Below are positions 18,343 through 26,176 of a DNA stretch of 64,000 bases, piece by piece. The first letter of the stretch is position 1; the number at the start of each line of letters is the position of its first letter. A program made the translations under genes and the position numbers. The notes beneath the pieces are model-generated. The model had not been told where the DNA came from. It was given only the letters and a program-made list of their open reading frames with translations, and searched no databases. This stretch comes from Dehalococcoidales bacterium (GTDB lineage: Bacteria; Chloroflexota; Dehalococcoidia; Dehalococcoidales; RBG-16-60-22): positions 709 to 64,708 of the forward strand of contig DAOUEG010000048.1 in assembly GCA_034430495.1 (NCBI GenBank). The letters are read 5' to 3'.

Positions 18343-19373
18343 CCCTCCGGCGGGGCGGGATTGCGGAAATTGAGCTCCGTCCCGCAGACCTGGCAGGCTG
18401 AACCCTTCAGGTTGACGAGCTCGGTCAGGTAGCCCAGCCGCCGCACGACGAGGCTGCCGCAGTTATAGCAGCGGGTGGACTCGCTCTCGTGGCCGGGGAC
18501 GTTCCCGGCGTAGACGAACTTGAGGCCGGCTGCCCGGCCGATATCGCAGGCCTTGTCAATGGTGGTGACGGGGGTGGGCGGCAGGTGGCGCAGGTTGTGG
18601 TGGGGCTGGAAGCGGGTGACGTGCCAGGGGGTGAGCTCGCCGAGCTCGGCGACCATCCAGCGGGCGATGCCTTCGAGCTGCTCGTTATCGTCGTTCATGG
18701 TGGGGATGATGTTGGTGACCACCTCCACGTGCATGTTCCAGACCTGCCTGGCGCGGACGGTGACCTCCAGAATCTCGTCCCACTGGGGCACCCCGGCGAT
18801 GTCCTTGTAGAACTCGTCCGAGAAGCCCTTGATGTCCACCCGCCAGGCGTCCAGGTAGGGGCCGATGGCGTCCAGGGCGGCCGGCGAGGCGTAGCCGTTG
18901 GTGACGTAGGCGGTGTAGAGGCCGGCTTCCTTCGCCAGCCGGGCGGACTCCAGCGTGTGCTCGAACCAGATGGTGGGCTCGTTATAGGTCCAGGCCATGC
19001 CCTGGCAATCGTACTGCCTGGCCAGCTTGACGGAGGCTTCCGGCGTGAGGGTGCGGCAGGCTTTCTCGAGGGCCTCGCCGTCGGCGGTGGAAATCTCCCA
19101 GTTCTGGCAGTGACGGCACCGGAAGTTGCAGCCGATGGTGCCGAGCGAGAAGCAGAGGCTGCCGGGGTAGAAGTGGAAGAGGGGTTTTTTCTCGATGGGG
19201 TCCGCCGCCAGCGAGGAGACCCGGCCGTAGTTCAGGTTGTAGAGGGTGCCGCCCTCGTTGCGGTACATCCCGCAGGCGCCGAGCTTGTCCGGGTTGATGC
19301 GGCAGTGCCACTGGCAGGTGTGGCACTGGACCCGGGAACCCGGCAGTTTCTCGTAGATGGCCGCCTCGTGCAT
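18339..19373 (-). CDS. AmmeMemoRadiSam system radical SAM enzyme
   Basis: [12 protein letters not shown] auxiliary Cys motif, the radical-SAM [11 protein letters not shown] (CxxxCxxC) motif, and a C-terminal CYNCG...CQVCG. Confidence 0.85.
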   Translation of the reverse strand: MHEAAIYEKLPGSRVQCHTCQWHCRINPDKLGACGMYRNEGGTLYNLNYGRVSSLAADPIEKKPLFHFYPGSLCFSLGTIGCNFRCRHCQNWEISTADGEALEKACRTLTPEASVKLARQYDCQGMAWTYNEPTIWFEHTLESARLAKEAGLYTAYVTNGYASPAALDAIGPYLDAWRVDIKGFSDEFYKDIAGVPQWDEILEVTVRARQVWNMHVEVVTNIIPTMNDDNEQLEGIARWMVAELGELTPWHVTRFQPHHNLRHLPPTPVTTIDKACDIGRAAGLKFVYAGNVPGHESESTRCYNCGSLVVRRLGYLTELVNLKGSACQVCGTELNFRNPAPPEG

Positions 19374-19447
19374 GGTACCCCCTCAACGGGCATTGTAACA
19401 CCGGGGCGGCGGCCTGTACAGGACTTAACTCACCCGGGGCGGGAGCG

Positions 19448-20656
19448 TCAGATGATGGCCTTGAGGAACCACGAGTAATCGTAGTTGAAGACCGGCGAGA
19501 GGATATAGAAGGACACCAGATGGAGGACGATGACGAGGACGACGAAGCCGATGGCGACCCAGCGGAGCTTGCCCGTCTTACGGCGCTTGAAGAAGCCGAT
19601 GAGGTCCCCCAGGCCGAGTGCCATGCCGAGGCAGACGGCGCCGATGGTGGGGTAGAAGTAGTACGGGTAGGTGGCCCGGTCGGTGATGATATCAGCGGGA
19701 ATCCAGATGAGGTAGGTGCCGATGAACCAGGCCGCGCCGAAGAGCCCGGCCTCGCTGCCGCGGATGGCCTTCCAGACCAGATAGAGGAAGGCGGGAATGG
19801 CGAGCGCCCAGACGGTGAAGCTGATGGCGGAGGTATAGTGGGGGTCAACGTAGTAGGCCATCGGCTTGTAGCCGATGAGCCACGACCAGGGCCGGCTCAG
19901 CGCGGGATGGTTCACGTTGGCGAAGGTGAGGCTGCCGGAGAGCTGGAGCATCTCCTTGATGCGGGCGATGGGGTCCAGCGCCGTGCTGAAATGGCGGGTG
20001 ATGACCCAGGCGAAGAGGATGAGCCCCTCCACGAAGGTCACGATGGAGAAGAGGGCGGTCAGGCTGAACCACCAGGAGTGTTTCTGGCGCTTGCTGAACA
20101 GCCAGTGCATGAAGACGACCGGCGCCGCCAGGGCACCGTCCAGCTTGGCCAGGGCGCTCAGGCCGATGCCGACCCCGGAGAGCAAGTACCGCTTGCTGAC
20201 GTAGAGCAAAAAGGCGGCCAGCATGAGCGTCACGTAAAACACGTCCAGCATGGCGACGTGGTTCTGGACGAAGGAGGCGTTCTCGAAGGCGAGAAAGAAG
20301 GTGGCCAGATTGGTGGTGGTACGGCCCATCTCCAGCTTGCGGCAGAGGAAGTAGAAGAGGACGATGCCGGCCGTGCCGAAGAGGATGGGGAAGACGCGCC
20401 AGCCCCAGGGGTTATCGCCGAAGGCCTCGATGCCGCCGACGATGATGAGCTTGGCGAGGTCCGGGTGCTCCGGGCGCTCGGTCGTGTGCTGGGTCATGAT
20501 GACGCGGGCGTCCCTGACGTAGTGAATCTCGTCCAGGATGGTTTCCGTGGGAGTGGTGATGATGGCGAAGTGCATCGCCAGCGTGAGAGCGACGATCACG
20601 CAGAGGAAGAAGTGCTCCCAGCGTATCACCCGCAGGACGCGCGCTTTCACTTCCAC
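19448..20656 (-). CDS. GT39/PMT-family polyprenyl-phosphate-mannose-dependent protein mannosyltransferase-like membrane protein
   Basis: Polytopic membrane protein with a loop-1 DEIHY (Asp-Glu) motif typical of PMT/GT-C enzymes. It overlaps the upstream PPM synthase gene by 10 nt. Confidence 0.7.
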   Translation of the reverse strand: MEVKARVLRVIRWEHFFLCVIVALTLAMHFAIITTPTETILDEIHYVRDARVIMTQHTTERPEHPDLAKLIIVGGIEAFGDNPWGWRVFPILFGTAGIVLFYFLCRKLEMGRTTTNLATFFLAFENASFVQNHVAMLDVFYVTLMLAAFLLYVSKRYLLSGVGIGLSALAKLDGALAAPVVFMHWLFSKRQKHSWWFSLTALFSIVTFVEGLILFAWVITRHFSTALDPIARIKEMLQLSGSLTFANVNHPALSRPWSWLIGYKPMAYYVDPHYTSAISFTVWALAIPAFLYLVWKAIRGSEAGLFGAAWFIGTYLIWIPADIITDRATYPYYFYPTIGAVCLGMALGLGDLIGFFKRRKTGKLRWVAIGFVVLVIVLHLVSFYILSPVFNYDYSWFLKAII

Positions 20657-21729
20657 GTCCAGTTACGGTTGATGAAGTAGTTCCAGAGGAAGGCGATGAC
20701 GATGCCGATGAAGTCCGACAGGACATCGAACACGCCGAAGGCGCGCGTAAAGAGCAAAAAGACGCCGGTCTGGATGCCGGCCCCGGCCAGCGAGATGAAG
20801 TTGAACTTGAGCAGCCGGCCGATGAAGCTCTTGCCGGCGCGGCGGCTGCGGAAGGTGACGGTATCGTTGAGGATGAAGTTGGTGATGATGGAGACCTCGA
20901 TGCCGATGAGCACGGCCACCCAGTCCATGCTGCCGGACAGGCCGGTCAGGCGCGAGAGCAGCGTGTAGACGCCGAGGTTGACGCCGGTGCCGATGAGGCC
21001 GACGATGATAAACTTGACGAAGAAGCCCATCTCTCCGGTGCGCACCATGAGGCTGAGGATGTGGCGCAGGTACTCTATCTGGGTGCTCGCCTTGAGCTTG
21101 GAGGCGCCGGCGGAGCGGTCCTCGAAGACGTAGGGGACCTCCACCACGTTCTCGAAGCGGCCGAGCAGCAGGATTTCCATGGCGATCTTGTAGCCGATGG
21201 GCTTGAGGACGTCCGGGTCCACCCGGTCCCGGCGGAACATGAAGAAGCCGGACATGGGGTCCTTGACGCGGCGGACGGCCGGCAGCAGCACGTGGGCGAT
21301 GAGCGAGGCCCCCCGGGAAATTATCTTGCGGAGGGTGCTCCAGTGGGGGACGCCGCCGCCGGGTACGTAGCGGCTGCCGAAGGCCATGTCCGCGCCGGAT
21401 TCGATGGCTTTGACGAGGTCCGGCAGCTTCTCCGGCGGGTGCTGGAGGTCCGCGTCCATGACGCCGATGATGGAGCCCCCGGCGTGGCGGATGCCGTGGA
21501 TGACGGCGGTGGAGAGGCCGCGCTCCTCGGTGCGGACGAGGAGGCGGACGGGGAACTCGCCGGCGAGGGAGTTGACGATGTCAATGGTGCCGTCCTGGCT
21601 GTTATCGTCCACGACGATGACCTCGTAGTCATACCCGGCGAGGGCGGCGTGGATACGGGTGAGGAGCGGCCGGACGTTGTCACGCTCGTTGTAGGAAGGC
21701 ACGATGATAGAGACTTTTTCCGTGGTCAC
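20647..21729 (-). CDS. Polyprenol-phosphate mannose synthase (GT2, DPM1/Ppm1-like) fused to a GtrA-like membrane domain
   Basis: VSIIVPSYNERDN, VIVVDDNSQDGT, DADLQHPPE and DPMSGFF are GT2 motifs. The C-terminal ~130 aa has 4 TM helices ending in WNYFINRNWTWK (GtrA-like). Confidence 0.8.
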   Translation of the reverse strand: MTTEKVSIIVPSYNERDNVRPLLTRIHAALAGYDYEVIVVDDNSQDGTIDIVNSLAGEFPVRLLVRTEERGLSTAVIHGIRHAGGSIIGVMDADLQHPPEKLPDLVKAIESGADMAFGSRYVPGGGVPHWSTLRKIISRGASLIAHVLLPAVRRVKDPMSGFFMFRRDRVDPDVLKPIGYKIAMEILLLGRFENVVEVPYVFEDRSAGASKLKASTQIEYLRHILSLMVRTGEMGFFVKFIIVGLIGTGVNLGVYTLLSRLTGLSGSMDWVAVLIGIEVSIITNFILNDTVTFRSRRAGKSFIGRLLKFNFISLAGAGIQTGVFLLFTRAFGVFDVLSDFIGIVIAFLWNYFINRNWTWK

Positions 21730-21840
21730 AATGACTCCCGGGGGGACCGGCAGGTCCCCGGCCGCGTTCCACTAGATTATAACCTCTTTACGAATTGGTT
21801 TCAAAAGATTATAATAGAGTGGTTCCTTCCGAGTATATTT

Positions 21841-22776
21841 TTGAAGCTGGAGTTGCCCGTGGCTGTTGTATACGTTGCCTCCGTGGAAGCCGGCGCCGGC
21901 AAGACGTCAGTCTGCGCGGGCCTGGCCCGAAATCTGGTGGACGCCGGGAAGAAGGTCGGCTACCTGAAGCCGAACGCCGACGAGGCCGGGGACGGCGACC
22001 TGACCTTCATGAAGGGATTGCTGCAGCTCGGCGACGGCCCGGAAGCGGCCAACGGCCGCGATATCGTCCTCGTGGAGGCAAGGCTCGGCGGCACGGTCGA
22101 GGAAAGCCAGACGGTCTACGGGGCCGCCCGCGAGATGCAGGCCAAGGTCATTGCCGTTGAAGCCTACGCGGAAGAGGCGCCGGACTACGCGGCCGTCTAC
22201 AAGGGCTTCGGCGACGGGCTGGTCGGCCTGCTCGTCAACAAGGTGCCGAAGAGCCGCCTCGACGAAGTGCGGGGCACCGCCGCGACGCGCTGCAACGATG
22301 CCGGCGTGCGGCTGCTCGGGGTCATCCCGGAGAGCCGGACGCTGCTGGCCGTCTCCGTGCAGGAGCTGGCCGAGCGGGTGAGCGGCACCATCATCAGCGA
22401 GGCCGACAAGGCGGACGACCTCGTGGAGAGCTTCATGCTCGGCGCGATGGTGGTGGGCTCCGGGGTGGACTACTTTAAGATTATGGAACGCAAGGCGGCC
22501 ATCGTGCGGCAGGACCGGCCGGACATGCAGCTGGCGGCGCTCGATACGCCGTCCGCCTGCCTGGTGCTCGGCGGGAGCACCGAGCCGCCGCTCTACAACG
22601 TTTTGGAGCGGTCGCGGCTGCGGGGCGTCCCGGTCATCAGCACGGCGACGCCGGTGAGCGACATCGCCGAGGCGCTCGACGAGATGCTGCTGGCGTCCCG
22701 CATGAGCCAGGAAAAGAAGCTTCCCAGGCTGGCGGAGCTGGTCAAAGACAGCCTGGACATCAGTACGCTGGTGTAG
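21841..22776 (+). CDS. Pta N-terminal-like protein (BioD/CobQ-like P-loop domain plus DRTGG domain)
   Basis: VAVVYVASVEAGAGKTSVCAGLA P-loop-like start, and a C-terminal ACLVLGGSTEP...VPVIST segment resembling a DRTGG domain. The start (TTG 21841/21853 or GTG 21859) is uncertain. The upstream part of the track ORF is an antisense shadow. Confidence 0.55.
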   Translation: MKLELPVAVVYVASVEAGAGKTSVCAGLARNLVDAGKKVGYLKPNADEAGDGDLTFMKGLLQLGDGPEAANGRDIVLVEARLGGTVEESQTVYGAAREMQAKVIAVEAYAEEAPDYAAVYKGFGDGLVGLLVNKVPKSRLDEVRGTAATRCNDAGVRLLGVIPESRTLLAVSVQELAERVSGTIISEADKADDLVESFMLGAMVVGSGVDYFKIMERKAAIVRQDRPDMQLAALDTPSACLVLGGSTEPPLYNVLERSRLRGVPVISTATPVSDIAEALDEMLLASRMSQEKKLPRLAELVKDSLDISTLV

Positions 22777-23015
22777 CCGGCACCGTACTCCGGCCGAGAA
22801 GGGAGCCCACCGACAACCAAGCTAACCGTCATCCGCGGCCAACCGCATTCCCCGCACGCGCAGCAACCCATCGGGGAGAGTTCCTGGGGTGGTTTCAAGA
22901 CTTTACCTTGGGAATTTTTATTTGGCCGGAATGACCGGGATGGTGGCCTGCCGGACAGCGAGGCCCGGCCGGAGCGGGCCGGATAGAGACTACAATCTGC
23001 AAGGAGGGAAGGTGA

Positions 23016-23375
23016 TTGAATGCGTTAGGTAGACATCTGCTGATAGAACTGCATCAATGCGACCCGGAGGTTTTGAACGACCTGAGCGCCATCCGCGGGG
23101 CCATGCTGAAGGCGGCCGTGGACTGCGGCGCTGTGGTGATGGGTGATTCGTTCCACCGCTTCAGCCCGCAGGGAGTGAGCGGGGTGGTGGTCATCGCGGA
23201 ATCCCACCTTTCGGTCCACACCTGGCCGGAGTACGGCTACGCCGCGGCGGACATCTTCACCTGCGGCACGACGGTGGACCCGAAAATCGCGGCGGACGTG
23301 CTTATCGAGGCGCTCGGGTGCAAGAATCCCAACCTGACGGAAATCCAGCGCGGGATTCTGGTGGCCGCGGCCTGA
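23016..23375 (+). CDS. speH: S-adenosylmethionine decarboxylase proenzyme (SpeH type)
   Basis: GRHLLIEL..., VVIAESHLSVHTWPE (Glu-Ser self-cleavage site) and DIFTCG. Confidence 0.9.
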   Translation: MNALGRHLLIELHQCDPEVLNDLSAIRGAMLKAAVDCGAVVMGDSFHRFSPQGVSGVVVIAESHLSVHTWPEYGYAAADIFTCGTTVDPKIAADVLIEALGCKNPNLTEIQRGILVAAA

Positions 23376-23388
23376 CGCGGCGCCTGTT

Positions 23389-24309
23389 ATGGATACCGAA
23401 TCTGGTACGTGGCTCCACGACAAAATAAGTAAAGATTTCATCCAGATGTACCGTCTGGACGAGGTGCTGTACGACGGCCGGACGGACTACCAGTCCGTGA
23501 AAATCGTGCGGACCAGCTCTTTCGGGCTGTGTCTCGTGCTGGACGGCAAGATACAGTCCAGCGAGGCGGACGAGTTCATCTACCACGAGACGCTCGTCCA
23601 CCCGGCCATGCTGCTGCACCCGGAACCGAAGCGCGTCTTCATCGCCGGCGGGGGCGAGGGGGCGACGCTCCGGGACGTCCTGCGCCACAAAAGCGTGGAA
23701 AAGGCGGTGATGGTGGACATTGACGCGCAGGTGACGGCGCTGAGCCGGCAGTACCTGCCGAACGAGAGCGCCGGGGCCTTCGAGGACCCGCGGGCGCAGG
23801 TCTACCACGAGGACGCCCGGGCGTTCCTGGAGGCCAGTGACGAGCGGTACGACGTTATTATCATAGATTTGCCGGACCCCATCGAAGAGGGCCCGGCCTA
23901 CCGGCTGTTCACCAGGGAATTTTACCGGACCGTCCACGACCGGCTGACACCCGAAGGGTGCGTCTCCGTGCAGGCCGGCTCCGCCTCGCCGACGGAGCTG
24001 CTGAACCTGACGGCGGTCCACAAGACGCTGGAAACCGCCTTCCCGGTGGTGGCGGCCTTCAGCACCTACATGCCGTGCTTCGGGGGGGAGTGGGGCTTCT
24101 GCGTGGCCTCCCGCGGGGCGGACCCGCGGGCGCTGGCGCCGGCGGACGTTGACGCGAAGCTGCAGGAACGCGGGCTGAGCGGCCTGCGGCACTACGACGG
24201 CGTGACCCACGTGGGGATGTTCGCGCTGCCGGTGTACCTGCGCGAGGCCATCAAGGCGCAGACGCGGCTCATCGCCGACGATGACCCGCTCTACCTCTAC
24301 GGTACCTAG
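23389..24309 (+). CDS. speE: Polyamine aminopropyltransferase (spermidine synthase)
   Basis: YQSVKIV, LVLDGKIQSSEADEFIYHE, FIAGGGEGATLR and VIIIDLPDP. Confidence 0.9.
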   Translation: MDTESGTWLHDKISKDFIQMYRLDEVLYDGRTDYQSVKIVRTSSFGLCLVLDGKIQSSEADEFIYHETLVHPAMLLHPEPKRVFIAGGGEGATLRDVLRHKSVEKAVMVDIDAQVTALSRQYLPNESAGAFEDPRAQVYHEDARAFLEASDERYDVIIIDLPDPIEEGPAYRLFTREFYRTVHDRLTPEGCVSVQAGSASPTELLNLTAVHKTLETAFPVVAAFSTYMPCFGGEWGFCVASRGADPRALAPADVDAKLQERGLSGLRHYDGVTHVGMFALPVYLREAIKAQTRLIADDDPLYLYGT

Positions 24310-24378
24310 CGCGGGCCTTCCGTACAAACGAGCAGGCCGGCACGCGTGCCGGCCTGCTGTCTTATCCAGGAACGATGC

Positions 24379-24681
24379 CTAGCGGTTGGCCCGGATCTTG
24401 TTGAAGCATTCGCTGCAATAGACGGGGCGTCCCTCCCGAGGCTCGAACGGAACCTCCGTATCCCGCCCGCATTCCGCGCAAATTGCGGGGAACATCTGAC
24501 GGGTCCGGAAGCCGCCTCCGCTGCTGCCGAGCCGTTCCGCTTTGCGGGCCTGCCGGCAGGTCGGGCAACGCTTGGGTTCGTTAGTGTAACCCTTGGACTG
24601 GAAGAATTCCTGTTCCGACGCGCTGAAGGTGAAGGTTGAGCCGCAATCGGAGCACTGGAGCGTCTTGTCCTCGAAACTCAA
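24379..24681 (-). CDS. Zinc-ribbon protein with a CxxC-x17-CxxC module (paralog 1)
   Basis: MSFEDKTLQCSDCGSTFTFSASEQEFFQSKGYTNEPKRCPTCR, followed by CAECG-x17-CSEC. TTG start with a GGAGG SD. It is a paralog of 33863-34159. Confidence 0.75.
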   Translation of the reverse strand: MSFEDKTLQCSDCGSTFTFSASEQEFFQSKGYTNEPKRCPTCRQARKAERLGSSGGGFRTRQMFPAICAECGRDTEVPFEPREGRPVYCSECFNKIRANR

Positions 24682-24796
24682 CGGATAACCTCCTTTCTAC
24701 AAGTAGTTGGTTAGTGCTAAGGTCATCCATTTCGTTCGAGTCGAGATACGGTACTGGCATACGTATATCTGACCTAGGCTGAAAACCACTTCGCCT

Positions 24797-24825
24797 ATTA
24801 TATACCGCAGTTTTTGCAATAGCAA
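24797..24825 (-). promoter_or_regulatory. Candidate promoter for zinc-ribbon paralog 1
   Basis: Minus strand: TTGCTA, 17 nt, TATAAT. This implies a ~110-nt AT-rich leader. Confidence 0.4.
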
Positions 24826-24961
24826 TAGGTTTGAAAATAAAAATTTCCAGGGGATTTCTACCTGAACCACAACGTGGTAGACCCTTGAGGACGCCCGGGC
24901 GGATTTACCCGTCCCGGTTATTCTGGTATACTAGACCAGTTGCCCGCGGACGAACGGAACG

Positions 24962-26104
24962 ATGGAAATACGGCTCGATTATCACGCCCTGACACCGCTC
25001 TACCTGCAGATAGCGGACCAGCTCCGGGAGTGCATCGCCACCGGAGAGGTCAAGCCGGGCGAACGCCTGCCGCCCATCCGGGCGCTGTCCCAGACCCTCA
25101 ACGTGAACCCCAACACCGTGGCCCGCGCCTATCTGGAGCTGGAGCAGGAGCGGGTCATCGTCTCGCGGCGGGGGGGCGGCACCACGGTAGCGCCGCGGGG
25201 CGGCACGCCGGACATCCAGGCGGCGCGCCAGAAGAAGCTGCTGGAGACGGTGAACGAGGACGTGGTGCGGTCGCTGAGCCAGGGCTACAGCCCGGAAGAG
25301 CTGGAAGCGGCCTTCTACCTGAGCCTGGAGCGGTGGCGGGAGGAGCGGCGGGCCCAGGCCGAAGAATTGGCCGAGCCGCCGTCCTCGGCGGCGGCGGGGC
25401 GGGTCGTCCGCATCGTCGGGAGCCATGACCTGGCGCTGAGCATATTGCTCGACATCATGCGCAACCGGGACACGGAGCTGTCCTTCGACGTCATCCACGC
25501 CGGCAGCCTCGGCGGGCTCATCGCCCTCCAGGAAGAGCGGGCGGACCTGGCCGGCACCCATCTCCTCGACGAGGAGACCGGCGAGTACAACGACCCCTAC
25601 GTCAAGCGCATCCTCACCGGGCGGCGGATGGTCATCATCAATCTGGTCTACCGCGTCCAGGGGCTCATCTACGGGACGGGCAACCCCAAGCACATCGAGA
25701 CGCTGGCGGACCTCGTCCGGCCGGACGTGACCTTTGTTAACCGGCAGAAAGGCTCCGGGACGCGGGTGCTGCTCGACATGCAGCTCAAGAAGGACGGGCT
25801 CGACCCGGCCGCCATCAAGGGCTACGACGTGGAGCTGGACACCCACCTGGCGGTGGCCTCCCACGTGTCCCGCGGGCAGGCGGATGTGGGGCTCGGCATC
25901 GAGGCGGCCGCCCGCGGCAGCAATCTCGGCTTCAAGCCGCTCTTCCGGGAGCGGTACGACCTCGTCATCCCGCGGGAGGTCTACGACGACCCGCGGCTGG
26001 CGGCGCTGTTCGAGATTATCCCGAGCCAGGAGTTCAAGGCCATCATTGACCGCGTCGGCGGGTACGATACGGCCCACACCGGCGAGACCCGGTTCATCGA
26101 ATAA
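24962..26104 (+). CDS. GntR-type HTH regulator fused to a periplasmic-binding-protein-like (PBP-like, oxyanion-type) domain
   Basis: The N-terminus PLYLQIADQLRECIATGEVKPGERLPPIRALSQTLNVNPNTVARAYLELEQERVI is a GntR HTH. The C-terminal ~240 aa (HAGSLGGL...VNRQKGSGTR...) resembles the PBP-like domain found in molybdate/tungstate-linked regulators. That second assignment is from memory. Confidence 0.65.
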   Translation: MEIRLDYHALTPLYLQIADQLRECIATGEVKPGERLPPIRALSQTLNVNPNTVARAYLELEQERVIVSRRGGGTTVAPRGGTPDIQAARQKKLLETVNEDVVRSLSQGYSPEELEAAFYLSLERWREERRAQAEELAEPPSSAAAGRVVRIVGSHDLALSILLDIMRNRDTELSFDVIHAGSLGGLIALQEERADLAGTHLLDEETGEYNDPYVKRILTGRRMVIINLVYRVQGLIYGTGNPKHIETLADLVRPDVTFVNRQKGSGTRVLLDMQLKKDGLDPAAIKGYDVELDTHLAVASHVSRGQADVGLGIEAAARGSNLGFKPLFRERYDLVIPREVYDDPRLAALFEIIPSQEFKAIIDRVGGYDTAHTGETRFIE

Positions 26105-26128
26105 ACCTGAACTGACGGCAAAGCAAAA

Positions 26129-26162
26129 CCGCCCGGCGGCATCCGCCGGGCGGTCTGTTTTT
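26129..26162. terminator. Bidirectional rho-independent terminator
   Basis: CCGCCCGGCGG-cat-CCGCCGGGCGG stem followed by TCTGTTTTT, with an A-run on the other side. It lies between convergent genes. Confidence 0.7.
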
Positions 26163-26176
26163 ACCGGATAGTGGCC

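Noticed and set aside
22777-23015. 240-bp spacer upstream of speH as a possible SAM or polyamine-responsive riboswitch.
   Set aside because: I could recognise no known SAM-riboswitch core motifs. Only a short GCCGG/CCGGC hairpin follows the preceding stop. The evidence is insufficient.
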